DNA of 54,740 nt, filler included, from Catajapyx aquilonaris (GCA_000934665.2; 3 parts of 3 records of this genome joined end to end with filler, not necessarily neighbours in it); one strand, 5' to 3'; counted from the whole stretch's first letter, positions 12,301 to 24,818 are shown. A program made the numbers and translations. Notes: a model not told the origin generated them from the sequence alone.

Positions 12301-15300
12301 GCACCATCAGGCTGAAGAGAAATTAATACCACGGTATGCTATACAAAGTTCACAGGACGCACTTCAGTGTTACTTCTGGAGTTTGTCGCACATTTCGTAT
12401 TTTATCCTGCAGTATACATCGCGGAGTTCTCAGTCTAGAAACCTTTCGAAATTCACAGCCCACATTTGGCTCTTCCCTGAATATCATAGATATACCGGTA
12501 CTCGTAAATATTAGAGACCCTAAAAATTGCCATGAACTTTTCTGTTTGTGACACACACCAAAAATTCCCCTTCCTCTGCAGACAACAACGCCCCGGGCGG
12601 GCGCTATAATACCCACGGCCCTGAGGGAATCCTTTTGATATCGGAATACTGTCCAACCTTTTTTTCTCAAAGCTTTTTTTGTGCTCAGCTCAGGCAAATG
12701 AGGCAATTATACTGTGTAATTATATGAGTATATCTAAAAACATATGCACATGTGCTTTNCCCCCCCCCCCCTATATCCATCAAAGAAACCTTTCTCTGGC
12801 GGATGCAATGGGCGACGGTCGAGATTGTAGGCCATCGATTTTGTATTTTGAATTTTTGAAAACTGTTAGCTGAGAGTGTACTTTTCACACATGGTTGGAT
12901 GCGCTATAGTGCAGAATAATACAGTATATGAAATGTGTTCGCACACTTTTCGTGAGTTGTATCGGGGCAAAGTACTACAGTATCTCGGCAAAAATCCCTG
13001 GCATGTGTCCCATTTTTATACATACAAAAAAACCGACTATATAGTCACTATAGGTACGTATTGTCAGATTGCTGGTGTGTATACAGTACAGGCTATAATT
13101 ACATGGTAGATTTTCCGTTTCTCAATATTATTTTCCACCAATGCTTATTTTGTAGGCCCCTTTTAGTCTCGGGAGGTTAAATCACACTGCATGAAGTGTT
13201 ACCTGCACACAACTGCGATTATAGTTTCGCACTCCCGAGGTGCAGGTAATTACCTACTTGCAAAGTTACCCAGAAGGTACGGGAAAAGTTCCAGTTATTT
13301 GTAAGTTACGGAAGTTCATCAGAATTTCCTGAAGGTTTTGAGAGAGCGTTTATAAGTTTTAGGTACGGAGGTTTTGCTGTAATTAACATTAGGCTAAAGT
13401 TACGCAATTCTCATTACCAGTGCGGGGTCGCTCTTCAATTGCTCATTTTTCCATCCATGTGGGATTTTTAAAATGCCACCAATATTGCCACATTTGTGAA
13501 TTTACATAATTTCCGGATCGTAATTAGCAATTACGACTGTTACCCGCCATGTATAACCCCGAAGCGAATGAACAGTCTGTCAAGCCAAGCACTGGGTTGA
13601 AAGTATCAAAAACGAACTCGTTAGTAAGTTCTACTTTCCCGTAGCTCTGCTTGCTTCATGCATGCATGTCCTGGAGTCTTTGATGGTGCGTTTGTATAAA
13701 CTCGGGTTCCCTTTTCCAGTTAGGTAGAGCAAATTAAATTGCTCTCAGTCGTTGCCCTAGGCCTACTCAAAGGATTTAATTGCCTGGTTTTCCCTCTCTG
13801 GCAGTGGTTTTGTGATAACTTTGCTGGAGTTTCTCAGAAGCCGCTCTAATTGTGCGTCTTCATATTGATTTTCTTCAAGTTCTTGTGACTTTCTCAGAAA
13901 CTTTCCTCGGAGATAGACCAAATAGGTGCAACCACCCAGAAAGATAAGGTTGGCTGCTGGCTGCATAGTGCGGTTTACGCCATTCTCTCTCTAGAAGGCA
14001 ATGAAGTCGATCAAAGAGCCCTTTGACAAGTCCACGACACACGATTAACTCGTTCGACATTGTGGGCCCTTTCACAATATTCATCATTTTTGATTCTTCT
14101 GAAAGACCTTCACATTCGGACGACAATGTGGAAAAATGAATGCAGTTATTATCTCGACTATTCTACTTAATGATACAACTCGCCGCTGTCCCTCCCGAAA
14201 GCGATATCATATTCGTTTATTGGTTGCAGATTCCAGGACGTAACTCTGGAAATGATAAGTCAAAGTAATGAGCACTATTTCAACAAGTGTTTGTTCAACA
14301 GCAGATGAGAAAGTGAATTCTTCCTTTGGATAGTATTGAAGTCGAAAGCCTCTATTTGTTAATTTCGTTGCTGATATTGTTGTCATTCATTATTACCCAT
14401 TTGTGAAGTTAGGGTGAATGAATTATGTAAGCTTTCTTGGTTGTCATCAGTAGTTATTTTGATCTTCTGCAATAATTGATAGCGGCTGTCAACACATCGC
14501 TTGCATATAGGCCTACGTAGGCCAAAGCAGGGTATACCTATAAAAAGCGCATCAAGGTGACGTACAGTCTATTTCTCTTCATCTGATGAATGCTGCAACA
14601 TGTGCCGTCCAATTGAAATGGAACCTCTCAGTTGAATGGTACATCGCGGGAAATTAAAACTGGGACTCATTTGAAGATCGGAATTTCCAGCCAAAAGCTC
14701 CACATTATATTTCCAGCCATGACGGGCATATTGATGTCTCGTTCCTCTGAGGATACGCCTGACATTTTACAAACACCTCAATAACAAAACGCCAATCCGG
14801 CAGCTTCAGTGCAACCAAAAAATGCAAACAGAAACACACCCTAAATGAAATTATGCCCACTTCAAAACTCCAGTATAGCTCTCACATGAAACGCCCTCGC
14901 ATTCTAGTTAACATAATTTGCAGTCAAAGCTTAAAGTGCCATCAACTCATCATCAGCCCGCTTTTAAGCCACGTTCTAAAAAGCGGTGGATGGGACGCGC
15001 TTTCACGTACCCCCGCACAACCCATTTACTGATTGGTCCGCACTTGCTGGGATTACTCCTAAGTGCATTCCAGCATCTTCCCTGGAGCCCAGCTGTACCA
15101 AGAAGAGGGGAAGGACCGGACCATAATAATTCTACCGCAAAACCATAACTCTCCCGATTTATTCCCTTTGAAGTGCTATAACAATTTGGGCCAAGTTAAG
15201 ACGGAGGAATAAAGCATGATAATAATGTGGGGGGGAGGGCATCTGAGGGTGAGTTCGGCAGTAATGTCTGGTAGTTAATATTTGGCGGGCGCCGGGGGGC

Positions 15301-15833
15301 CGCCGGCTCGGATTGGGCCCCAGGACTTGTTGGCAAAGGCAGCCGGGTTAGCAAAATTGGGTTGGGAGGAAATCAATGGCGCTTGTTGGGAAAGAGAGGT
15401 GGGGGCAGGGGGATGCAGGGCGGATGGAGAGGTGCGGTCGCCATGGAGACTCCTCCGGGAGAGAAAAGAAGAGAGAAAGGCAACCCCTCCCCCCTCTTGT
15501 GTATAGTCCCCCGTTTCCATGGGAACACCATTTTGGCGGGTGTATAGAGAGGACTATGGGGTACGTGGGTGCGGGGGGATGTGAGGTGTGGAGTATATTT
15601 GCGTGGGGGGGATACCTTCTGAATAAGCAGGGGGATTATCCTTCTCACATGTCTTGGTGCGAGTATGTGTTCCCGATGATGCTAGGGCATTCACCTCCTG
15701 CTCTTTGTTGGTAATTTGCTTACAATATGTCTAACATTTGCAGACGCACCAGATGACAGACTCGCGATGTTTTGAACGCGGTAACACAACAGGAATCAGT
15801 GGAACAATATGTATACTCACGGTCCGAGTGCAT
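9342..15833 (-). CDS. Unknown ~188-aa type-I membrane protein with juxtamembrane Cys cluster (paralog A)
   Basis: Predicted exons 15833-15821 (ATGCACTCGGACC|gtgagt), 12286-12101 (NAGNAG acceptor, ends CAAG|gtaccc) and 9709-9342, both introns phase 1. Product: signal-like WPWALSLVLALGWTWGVQGISAA, KGG plus Gly/Ser ectodomain, TM helix, YLCCCCW, Pro/His tail. The last exon is the best supported. Confidence 0.62.
12350..13180. mobile_element. Degenerate piggyBac-like non-autonomous remnant
   Basis: Right boundary ...TCTCGGGAGG|TTAA resembles a TTAA-CC piggyBac terminus. The partner end was not cleanly identified, so the left coordinate is approximate. Confidence 0.25.
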
Positions 15834-16090
15834 GTAGGGGAAGGGATGGGGATGGTCAGCCCGGGCCTCGTGGGGGCTGAACAGCAGCCCGGGGCGGTCC
15901 GCCCTCCATCCACCGCCGAGGGCCCAAGAGCCACCTCCAGCTTCAACTATTTGCTTTCGGCCTCTCTTTTTGTCAACCCCCTTCTAACCCTTTTCCCCCA
16001 ACTTCTCTCGTCGACGACGACGGCGCCGTTGCCCCCCCCCCCCCCCCNNNNNNNNNCCCCCCCCCTGACGTCACCGAAACGTCATTGCAA
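15834..16090 (-). promoter_or_regulatory. GC-rich 5' UTR/promoter of paralog A with a CRE palindrome
   Basis: CpG-rich island directly upstream of the predicted first exon, with TGACGTCA at 16066-16073. Confidence 0.4.
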
Positions 16091-18414
16091 AGTGCCAATC
16101 TCCACTCTCCTGTGATGATGCTGAATGCATCCTAATTAATGGCTCGGGGGTGATTACAGCTGCTGTAATCCCACTGCTGCCCAGAATTCAAAACAAGCAC
16201 TGATAGATGTGAGGGTAAATCAGAAATAGCAATATCTGCAAGAAAATGTCACGATGCCATCACAGATATGGGATGAGAGATGGGTTCGGAGAATATCACA
16301 ATGCAGCAATGAATGACAAACATGTTGGTGTAATGCAAATGGATTGTATTTCTTCAGTTAGATCTCTCACTTTGTACAAAAATAGTTTGAACATGTGTGG
16401 AATGATTAATGTGAGCATTAAAAAGTTCTCGTTAACAATATATTGGAATGGTAGGCTATACATATTATGTGGAAGACTTTGACAGAAACTTACATTCACT
16501 ACAATAAGGCACATTGCAGACTCTAATTTAACAGAGTGTGTTTAGGTCAAGACTTAATATCACTTGGTCGTGGTTTTAGCAGCATACATCTCATGTCCAT
16601 TACTGTAAGGACTTTTTCCAAGTCACCAGTGTTCAACTGTGGCAGTCATGACACTCACTAATTCTGAGAAGAATGAAGTCTTGTAATGTGATTAACTACA
16701 GTCACACACTTTCGCAGCTGCATATATTTATAATTTCAAAATAAATTACTACAGATGGTCACCACTGTCTCCAAAGGCTAGTTTTACTGCAGAAATCTAT
16801 TTGTGCTAACTCATCGTAGTAGAAAAATATTACTGGATAAAATATGCACTGCCAAAATATCACCAGCATGCCTAACAGGCTTCTATAACTAATTCATTAT
16901 TTCATCTACATGGTACAGTACACAACCTATCATCTATAGTATGTACAGTACATCAAAAAAGGTATAGGAACAAATGCAATATTGCTGTATGATGTGACAA
17001 TACCAGTACTGGTACTTATCTAGTAAATACATGTATAATAATGGCATCTAATCTATTTTTCTGCATTTTAACTTACTTTGGGCATATCTGCTAACATGAA
17101 AAGCAATTAATCTTAGTAACAGTCAACCAATTAGGCTATCTTAATTAGAAGTCATGAGAAAAACATTTTAGAGCGTAATGGCAATAACTTTTAGCTTGAG
17201 TTCTACTACTGTATGATTAATGCAACTGTAAAGCACATTTATATTATAAAAGTGTTACTTTGAAGCCTTAAATTAATTACCTTCATTTCTAGAACAAAAT
17301 ATGAAAAAAAGACCAGACAAATACACCTGTGTAATGTACACTCCCAACAACAGTGTCATTCCTGTCACAAAGTGCAAAAACACCAGCTGCTTCACAACTC
17401 AGGTGCACAACCAACATCAAAGGGCTGCTTTCAGAGGCAGCCAAATCTTCAAGTAATATTACAGTGACACAAAATGCAAATGTCAATAATGCAAGTGAAA
17501 CACTGCATGGAATGTTGTACACAAGAGGGAACAAAACTTGAGACTCGTGCATAATTTCCCGACAGGTAAATATCTGAAATGTTAAGTGGATTGTGGTCCA
17601 ATTCCAAAATATCCACGAATTTGTGATTAATGACGATATGGGAAAAGAAACTGCAAAAATTATGGCACAATTTACCATGACCAAACTTCTCAAACGTTAT
17701 CTTTATAATTATTGCAGCATGACTGAACTTTCATTACCACATAGCTGCTCCATACAACTGACATGTCAAATAGTTGAATTCAGTGTTAAACGGCACAAAA
17801 TATTCATGAAATTCACACCTGATTCAATAATGAGACAGAAAAGGTGAGGAAACAATCATTTACAACTAATACAAAACCCTGCTGACTTGGCAGCCTCTAA
17901 AGACAGATCCCTTAATATTCTTCCATCAGTTTTTCAGGCATTTCATACATTATTATAATGTAGTCATCAGTGGTTTTTGAACCACCTTGTTGCATTGTAA
18001 CTGATGATTCACTTTCATAGTTCACAGCTTAAAAGAAGTTATTTTAGTCTGTGATGGTACTCTTCTGCCGAATCCATATTTTCAGCCAACTTTTTGTCAT
18101 CTAATTTTGATATTAACCCTGATGAAAGTCATAAATATTCACTTTCACTGTCCTTCCATTCCTCCCTCCAAAATTCTACTGACCATCTAGTGTAACCTTT
18201 CCAACTGTATTGTAAAAATTACAGACAGTAGCATCAAAATTTTTTAATTGTACCTGTTTATCTTTCTTTTCTCACAACACTTCGGTTGAGCAGTGACTAC
18301 TTTTTAAAATCTATCATTTCCAAACTTCTTTTCTATGGCATATGAAATCTTCAATTGCCAAACCAATATGCATTTTTAAAACTGCAAATAAGCAGTTGAA
18401 GCAAATGGAACACC

Positions 18415-19882
18415 CTACATGTGATCATGGTGATGCATATGTGGGTGTGGAGGGTCATAGGCAATGCAGTCTCCTGAGCCATCTAACATTCCAGACGTGA
18501 CACTCATAGGTTCTCCGGGGTTTGGTTTAGTTGATGTTGATCCATTTGGTGGTGCCCCAGGTTCCATGCTGTCCACGGTTGGATCATAGTGTAGGGCAGT
18601 GAAGTGGGCTGAACTGGTACCTCCTGCTCCAGTCCCACCCCTTCTATGGCGCCACTGCTCACCCAACAGTGGCCAACAGAAGCACAAGTAGTACAGAACT
18701 GTGGCCAATAGGACACAGCCTATCACGATGCCCAGGACCTCCTCACCTGACAAGCCTGACTTGTCTGCAGCGGAGCGAGCTTGGCGGCCTGAGTTGTGAG
18801 GATATCCAGCAGCAGTATAGGCACCACCATACAGCAATCCTCTACCTTTGCTACCAAAACTTCGCCCACCACTTCCTCCTCTCCCTCCACCTCCTCCTCC
18901 TCCTCTTCCACCCCCACCTCCTCGTGCACAACAGCAACTGGCTAATAACAAAACCACTGACACACACAGGACTCCTGCAACAAATGTTGTAATTCTAATT
19001 ATTATACAATCCTTCTGATCTGCTTGAATAGCATAGGCAGCGGCAGAGCCATAACAACTTTGAAAATGTAGCTGACACTCTCATGCTGATTGTAAGCAAT
19101 CAATAAGTAAAATCAATATGAAACTTGTCAATATTCGTACAATCATTTCAATTCAATATATTGATTTATGACAATTAATACAGTTGAATTAATTGCAGCT
19201 AATATGGATAGCTTGTCCATAACACAACAGTACTTTTAAGAAAAGCCAGGATTGTGTAGTGTCCAAGTCCACAGTCCAAGAGGGAGAAAGGGGTAGAAGT
19301 TAAACACTGATAACCTCATAAACCAGTTCAAAGAGAATTAACAATCAAAACTATGAGTATCTCTGCTGATTGTTGTTTCTCTTAAAACAAGTTGCTGCCA
19401 GGGTAGTATGATGAATAGCGCTAAAGTTCTTTTCCTTCTCCCCACTTACAAGACTGTGTAAATGGAAAGTGCATAGACCTGTCTCTTACATGCTTATGCT
19501 GAGAAACGTGGCCTGAAATGAGTGAAAACAAGTTCACAAAAAAAAATACATTGCCTCTTGGAGGATGAGGTCATCATTATCTTACACCAACGCCTTAAGT
19601 GTTGGGCAAGTTATGCAGGTAAAAACCTTTATGCAATGAGTCAGTACCATAAACTAATATTTCACATAACTACAAATGCATGCAACTCTACTTAAAAGCG
19701 AACTCAAGGTTTGCATTGGCATGAATAAAAGCGCCACCCACAGCAAAAATATACTCAAGGTGAACTTTCATCCTCATTTTTATTTTTTAAAATGCGCGAC
19801 TATATACTGCTGTCACCAACCATCAGATCATACTGTACATACCTCGCAGGATAATGGCCGGACTTCTATCAGTGAGCGCCAT
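18415..19882 (-). CDS. Unknown 199-aa type-I membrane protein with signal peptide and RGG/Gly-rich ectodomain (paralog B)
   Basis: Exon 1 19882-19843 (MALTDRSPAIILRG|gtatgt) and exon 2 18974-18415 (tttgttgcag|GA), phase 1, 600 nt in total. Signal peptide ends LLLASCCCA, then RGGGGGRGG repeats, TM VLGIVIGCVLLATVLYYL, CFCW and a His-rich C-terminus. Confidence 0.85.
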
Positions 19883-21226
19883 TAGACTTTAGCTTTCCTT
19901 TGTCACCTGTGCACACCACAGCCCGAAAAGAAACGAAAAGTGGATGGCCTCAGAAGCAGCAGTCTCAGCAACGCGAAGGGATGGCCATGATCTTCGCCAC
20001 CACGGCTGCCAACGTCCATCGGCGGCCTTCCTCTGCCCTCCTCCTCTCTCCTCCTCTTCCTCTCCGGCTATGTTGGCAACCTCGGATGAACAGTCCTGTG
20101 GCTGGTAGTCTCGAGAGCTGACCTCATAAAATGTTACGTAACTTTTCACACCGGATGCTAACGAGCCATGCGAGACCATACAATCGGAGATTTAATTCTC
20201 GACATTGCATTGGTCGCATTACGATCGAGACTACTAAATAAGACTCTTGCGAAACTCAGGACAATGAGAATAATACGTACGTCCGTGAGAGTTATCCAAC
20301 AGGTGGTCGAATCAAATCGCAATGGGAGGAGACGATGCGATAATCTCATTGCAAGCTCAACAATCTCATTGCAAACTAGATTAACGCAATGCGTGACTTT
20401 TAATGCAATTTGTGATAATTTGCATATGAGCCATAAGAGGCCATGCATTTTGGTGATACAGGTAGGCTGTGGATGTATTTTTTTGTAGTCCCTGCTTACC
20501 TTACCAATATATTTTGCACCGGTTTCAAAATTAAGCAAGCGCGATGGTTCGTTGGGTTAGCCTTCTCTTATTCACTACATAGAAAAAGATGTCATCTTCC
20601 TGACTATTGGGGTTCATGAATATTCATGAACGGAACCTCAGCTGTTATACTGTATTCACAGTAGTAGATTATTATAATAAGCAATTTTTTAACATCTCAC
20701 CAAATAAGCTACACATACTATCACCAAATAACATATCCTACATCATTAAATTATCATATCCACGTAAGAGGTGCAATTATCATGATTGTAATGTAACATA
20801 AACTAAAATATGAAGCACTACTGTTTCAATAATGCTGTTCTAAATGAGATGATGTTACATTTTATGAAATGGTGTAGATGGTCTCCAATATACCTCCCTT
20901 TGCCTTTTAACACGTACTACCTACGGTATAGAGTACGCACATGATTCGATTGTTAAAATTACACAAGTACTGAAGTACAGAATAATATTTATACTCTTGA
21001 CATTTTCTTCTCGTAAAGAAAGTACTAGAGAACCTCTCTCAGAAGGAATTACGTTAAGGAAGGACGGGTTAGCAGGTGTATTCAACATGTCGTGAGAATT
21101 TTTTTGAAATAGCTTCCTGCTTTACATTGTGAGTGCATGTTATTTTGCAAACAGGTGGATGAATCTGGAAAGTATGTGCGATACGATCCTCGCGAACTTG
21201 GGAAATATACAGTAGTATGTGATGAG

Positions 21227-21366
21227 TGACGTCACACGAAAGATGGCAGCCACTCTTGTCTGCTCTGCTTTGTTCCTTCGACCGGCCCACTTTGAAGGTT
21301 GAAGAAGCATAAGTAGGGCTCGGGTAATGCCTGCTAACAACACGACACGTCTGGCCGGTACTCAAG
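21227..21366 (+). promoter_or_regulatory. Promoter and probable non-coding first exon of the gene at 21462
   Basis: GTGACGTCAC (CRE) at 21227 followed by AAGATGGCAGCC (YY1-like). Donor AAG|gtgtgt after 21366, acceptor tgtgcag ending 21421. Confidence 0.45.
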
Positions 21367-21461
21367 GTGTGTGAATTACTTGAGGGTAAAATCTTCACTT
21401 CCATTATTGACATCTGTGCAGGTTTGAGAGCTGGCGCATAATATTCCACAGAGTAACAATC

Positions 21462-22458
21462 ATGTCTGCAGAAGAGGTTGACAGCGACCCTCCAGAGTAT
21501 GCACAGGACCTTCCATTGCTGGCCAATTGGAAGCAGATACCCGTGGCTCACATGTCGTTGCGGATGTGCTGCCACTTGGAGGAACGTCGCCTCTGCACTG
21601 TGGCCCTCTACTTATTTGACCTGCCAGACTTGACTGGGTGTCAATGCGATTCATCAGCACCATACTTTGTCCTCTGTTTGGATGCGTATCGACTTCAGAT
21701 TTCTCGGGTTGATGCCATAGATGTGGACTCATCTACTGTACTAGGGGATGCAGGCAGTCGGTTTGATTTGGATCAGGCAGACAGGTGGCTCAGTCCAGAG
21801 CTGGAAGGGCGGCCATTGCAGTGGAAATTGGGTCGGTGGAGCCTCAAGGTGCTTGTTAAAGCTTGCTGTAACTCAGCAGTTCTCAACCTATGTCACATCG
21901 GGGCCCTCTGGAAAGTAATTTCAGATAACTGTCATCCTTTTCATCCCCCACCCATCTAGGCACTGCAACAACACTATGACAACTTCACCACTAGTCAGTA
22001 GTCCAGCAAGTAGTTGAGGAATGTATAGTAATGCTGTACTTACCTAATCAGTGCAACTTTTGCTCCTGTTTCGAGTCACTTAATTTTTGGATTCCCCCCC
22101 TCCTCCACACTTTTGCGCCCCCCCCCAGGGGGGCATGTCCCACCAGTTGAGAACTGCTGTGTAACTCTAAATTTCTGTGCATTAGTACTGCTAAAGTTCA
22201 CCAATTAACACTGAACACCAGGGACCAGGGAACATTCCTGAGATGGTGGCAATAGCCCAGTAAACGTATCTAGCAGCATTAGGCATGCCATTCTTCTTGC
22301 CTGTTGATGACTAGAAAGGTTATGCTATTTAAGCTGGAAACAGAACCATGTAACTATTTGAAGATTGTCAGGTTTTTTTTTAAACCTTAGATGTGAGATG
22401 GTCCTGTCAGCAATCTGCTGGAGTGAGACTCACCTCACTACTCTGCAAGGACAATCCA
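21462..22458 (+). CDS. Unidentified protein-coding gene, 5' exons only (runs into assembly gap)
   Basis: 129-codon exon 21462-21848 (ATG to AAG|gt) with protein-like composition. Possible further exons 22222-22259 and 22391-22458 keep the frame open (GPGNIPEMVAIAQ CEMVLSAICWSETH). No domain recognised. Confidence 0.6.
21874..22159. mobile_element. hAT (Charlie-like) MITE in intron
   Basis: 14-bp TIR CAGCAGTTCTCAAC / GTTGAGAACTGCTG flanked by direct repeat TGTAACT. Confidence 0.8.
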
Positions 22459-23688
22459 NNNNNNNNNNNNNNNNNNNNNNNNNNNNNNNNNNNNNNNNNN
22501 NNTTAATTAATTAANNNNNNNNNNNNNNNNNNNNNNNNNNNNNNNNNNNNNNNNNNNNTCCTCACGTACTCAGTTTTGCTTGCAAATAAACTTACTGTGC
22601 TTGAACAAACCCCACTTGCTTTTTCTTCAGTATGTACCCAGCCGCTCGGGTCACAGATCCTATACCAAAAGATGCCCCTTGCGTTGTACTATACCATCGA
22701 CGAATAACCTGAAAATCGCAATTTTGTGACTTACATCCTTTTTCCTAAAACCGATTCATTTAGGATCAAAGGCGACGGTAGTGGGTGACAGTTACGAGGC
22801 TCTACAATGTCGTGTTACATCCATTACATAATACACATTATCTTCGGAAAGGGAAGGGGATAAGTATAGGCTTTAATTTACGGTAAGTTGGTAGACCTGT
22901 TGAGAAATAGAGGTGGCAACGCTGCTCTCGCCCCAAGATGGCGCGTTCCGCACGATGCTCGACATTTTCTGGCAAGGTTGAAATATACATTTGTGCTCTT
23001 AGCGACGCCCGCCCTTGTCGTGCTCCTGTGGAGGTTGTGGGGGCAGGAGGGTCTCCGAAGGCGGACGACACAGTCAGATCAGGCGAGGTACCACATACGC
23101 AGTAAACATGAATGTGCATATTCACACTGTAAATCTCTCAGCATCGAGCGATCATGAAAAGTTGTGACAGGGTCCTTAGATAACATGAGTTTGGTTTTAA
23201 CATCTAGTTATAATTTTTATTTTATTTATTACAGTGTGGTTTTATCTAAGAACCCTGGTGTGATCACATATTTCAAATTCGGACACTGCGCGCCATTTCA
23301 TAGGAAGACTGCCATGTTTCCACTTCCTCGCGTGCCTCAGGCTAACCCCGCGCCCTTTTTCTTTTTTCCACGATAACAATTTAAATCATTCGGTTTGATA
23401 TGTTTCTCTTGCGTTCTTTGTAATTACTATATTATTCTTCACATTTCACATATATTACTTTCAAACTGTCAAATTGTGAAGATGCTTTAAAATAAAGTTT
23501 TAATTTAACATTGGAGCTTATGGACAGTCGGCACATTCTGAGCCATTTTGCGAGCTTATTTGCCCTGTTAGGGGTGATTTTTTTCCACCATTGGGAAGAG
23601 GGCTTCTTACTCTATAAACCCTGTGAATTTCAAAACGATGTCAAATTGTGAACCTTAGCTTCATATCCACCTTAAGGGCTGTCGCCCT

Positions 23689-23933
23689 TTAAATAGCTGA
23701 CTCTTGAGCCTTGATGTTAGTAAAGGAGGCATTGATGAGATGCACTCCATTGATACTTTTAACTCTGGAAAGAGCCACGTAGACTTGACCGCACGAGAAG
23801 ACAGAGGAACCCATATCGATGAGTGCATTAGTGAGACTCAGGCCTTGGCTCTGTCCTCTGCATGGTAATGGCATACGCCACACAAATTGGGAATTGTTCC
23901 TTGTACACATAGGCTGTTGATGACCTCGAATTT
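23689..23933 (-). pseudogene. PIF1-family helicase C-terminal fragment, probably Helitron-derived, frameshifted
   Basis: Translation across frameshifts gives FEVIN, YVYKEQFPICVAYAIT and SQGLSL...VFSCGQVYVALSRVKSINGVHL, matching PIF1 motifs V-VI. Confidence 0.85.
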
Positions 23934-24030
23934 TGTATTTGTATTATTTTGTATTTTAGGTATTTAGGTATTTAGGTATTTAGGTATTTGTAGTTGTATT
24001 TGTATGAAATATTTGTATTTGTATGAAATG
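23934..24030. repeat. Degenerate (TATTTAGG)/(TATTTG) tandem repeat
   Basis: Directly visible repeated units. Confidence 0.75.
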
Positions 24031-24060
24031 CAATCGCAGCTTCAGTCAGATAGCTAGCGG

Positions 24061-24160
24061 CAGTGACGTAGCCAGGAATCCAGTTCGGGGGCGGGGAGGT
24101 CCGCCGCAGGAGAAATTTTTCAGGTTCAAGGTCACACGAGCTTAGGTGAATATGGGAGAT
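24061..24160 (+). mobile_element. Left end of a hAT MITE of the family seen at 44334
   Basis: Starts CAGTGACGTAGCCAGGA and shares CCGCCGCAGG...TTCAAG.TCACAC...GCTTAGGTGAAT with 44334-44450. Confidence 0.55.
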
Positions 24161-24322
24161 TTGACTGGGTGTGTATTAGATGAAATAGGGTTGGCCAGCG
24201 CACTAACTGACTGGCGGCGCCACTGAAGTAACGGGGGTTGGATGGTATCGAGTATTGCTATTTCCCGTTAAAAGGTGTGGGTTTCACTTCGGAGGACAAG
24301 TTTTCGTGTGTCCTCTGAGGTC

Positions 24323-24628
24323 ATGCCGGGCTATTGCTGCGTGCCAGGCTGCAATAACACTTCTACGGGACACTATTTCCCAAAAAATCCCCAGCTAAGT
24401 CTCAAATGGCAGGTGGCAATTCGCAGGCAGGATCCGAAAACAAAACTGCTGTGGCAGCCAAAGAGCCATAACATGGTGTGTACCTTGCTCTTCCTACTCA
24501 TCAATTTTCAGGTATAAGAGAATATATTTGAGGAATACAGGTGTGGGATTATTCCTTTTCACATAAACTCTAGGTGGAGACAAACGTGCACCTTGGGGTC
24601 CCAAAAGTTCCCACGTTTCAAGTTGACG
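24323..24628 (+). pseudogene. THAP zinc-finger domain remnant (transposase N-terminus)
   Basis: Exon 24323-24511 MPGYCCVPGC...HYFPKNP...KWQVAIRR...WQP...VCTLLF, with the conserved His apparently replaced by Leu. Exon 24574-24628 contains KVPTF, resembling the AVPTIF box. Confidence 0.85.
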
Positions 24629-24723
24629 GTTAGATGTACATGTGCATGGGTGTATGTATAACAGTGGCGGAACTTCAAATTCTGGGCCCCCCTGCAAGAA
24701 ATTATTGTGCCCCCCCCCTCCCC

Positions 24724-24747
24724 ATAATAATAATAATAATAATAATA

Positions 24748-24818
<71 letters not shown>

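Noticed and set aside
20158..20538. Overlapping 126-aa and 106-aa ORFs between the divergent genes
   Set aside because: No recognisable motifs or splice support, and the position is promoter-intergenic.
22459..22558. TTAATTAATTAA embedded in an N run (also at 38688-38699)
   Set aside because: An identical stop-rich linker centred in 100-nt gaps is an assembly spacer, not biology. Contiguity across these gaps is also unproven.
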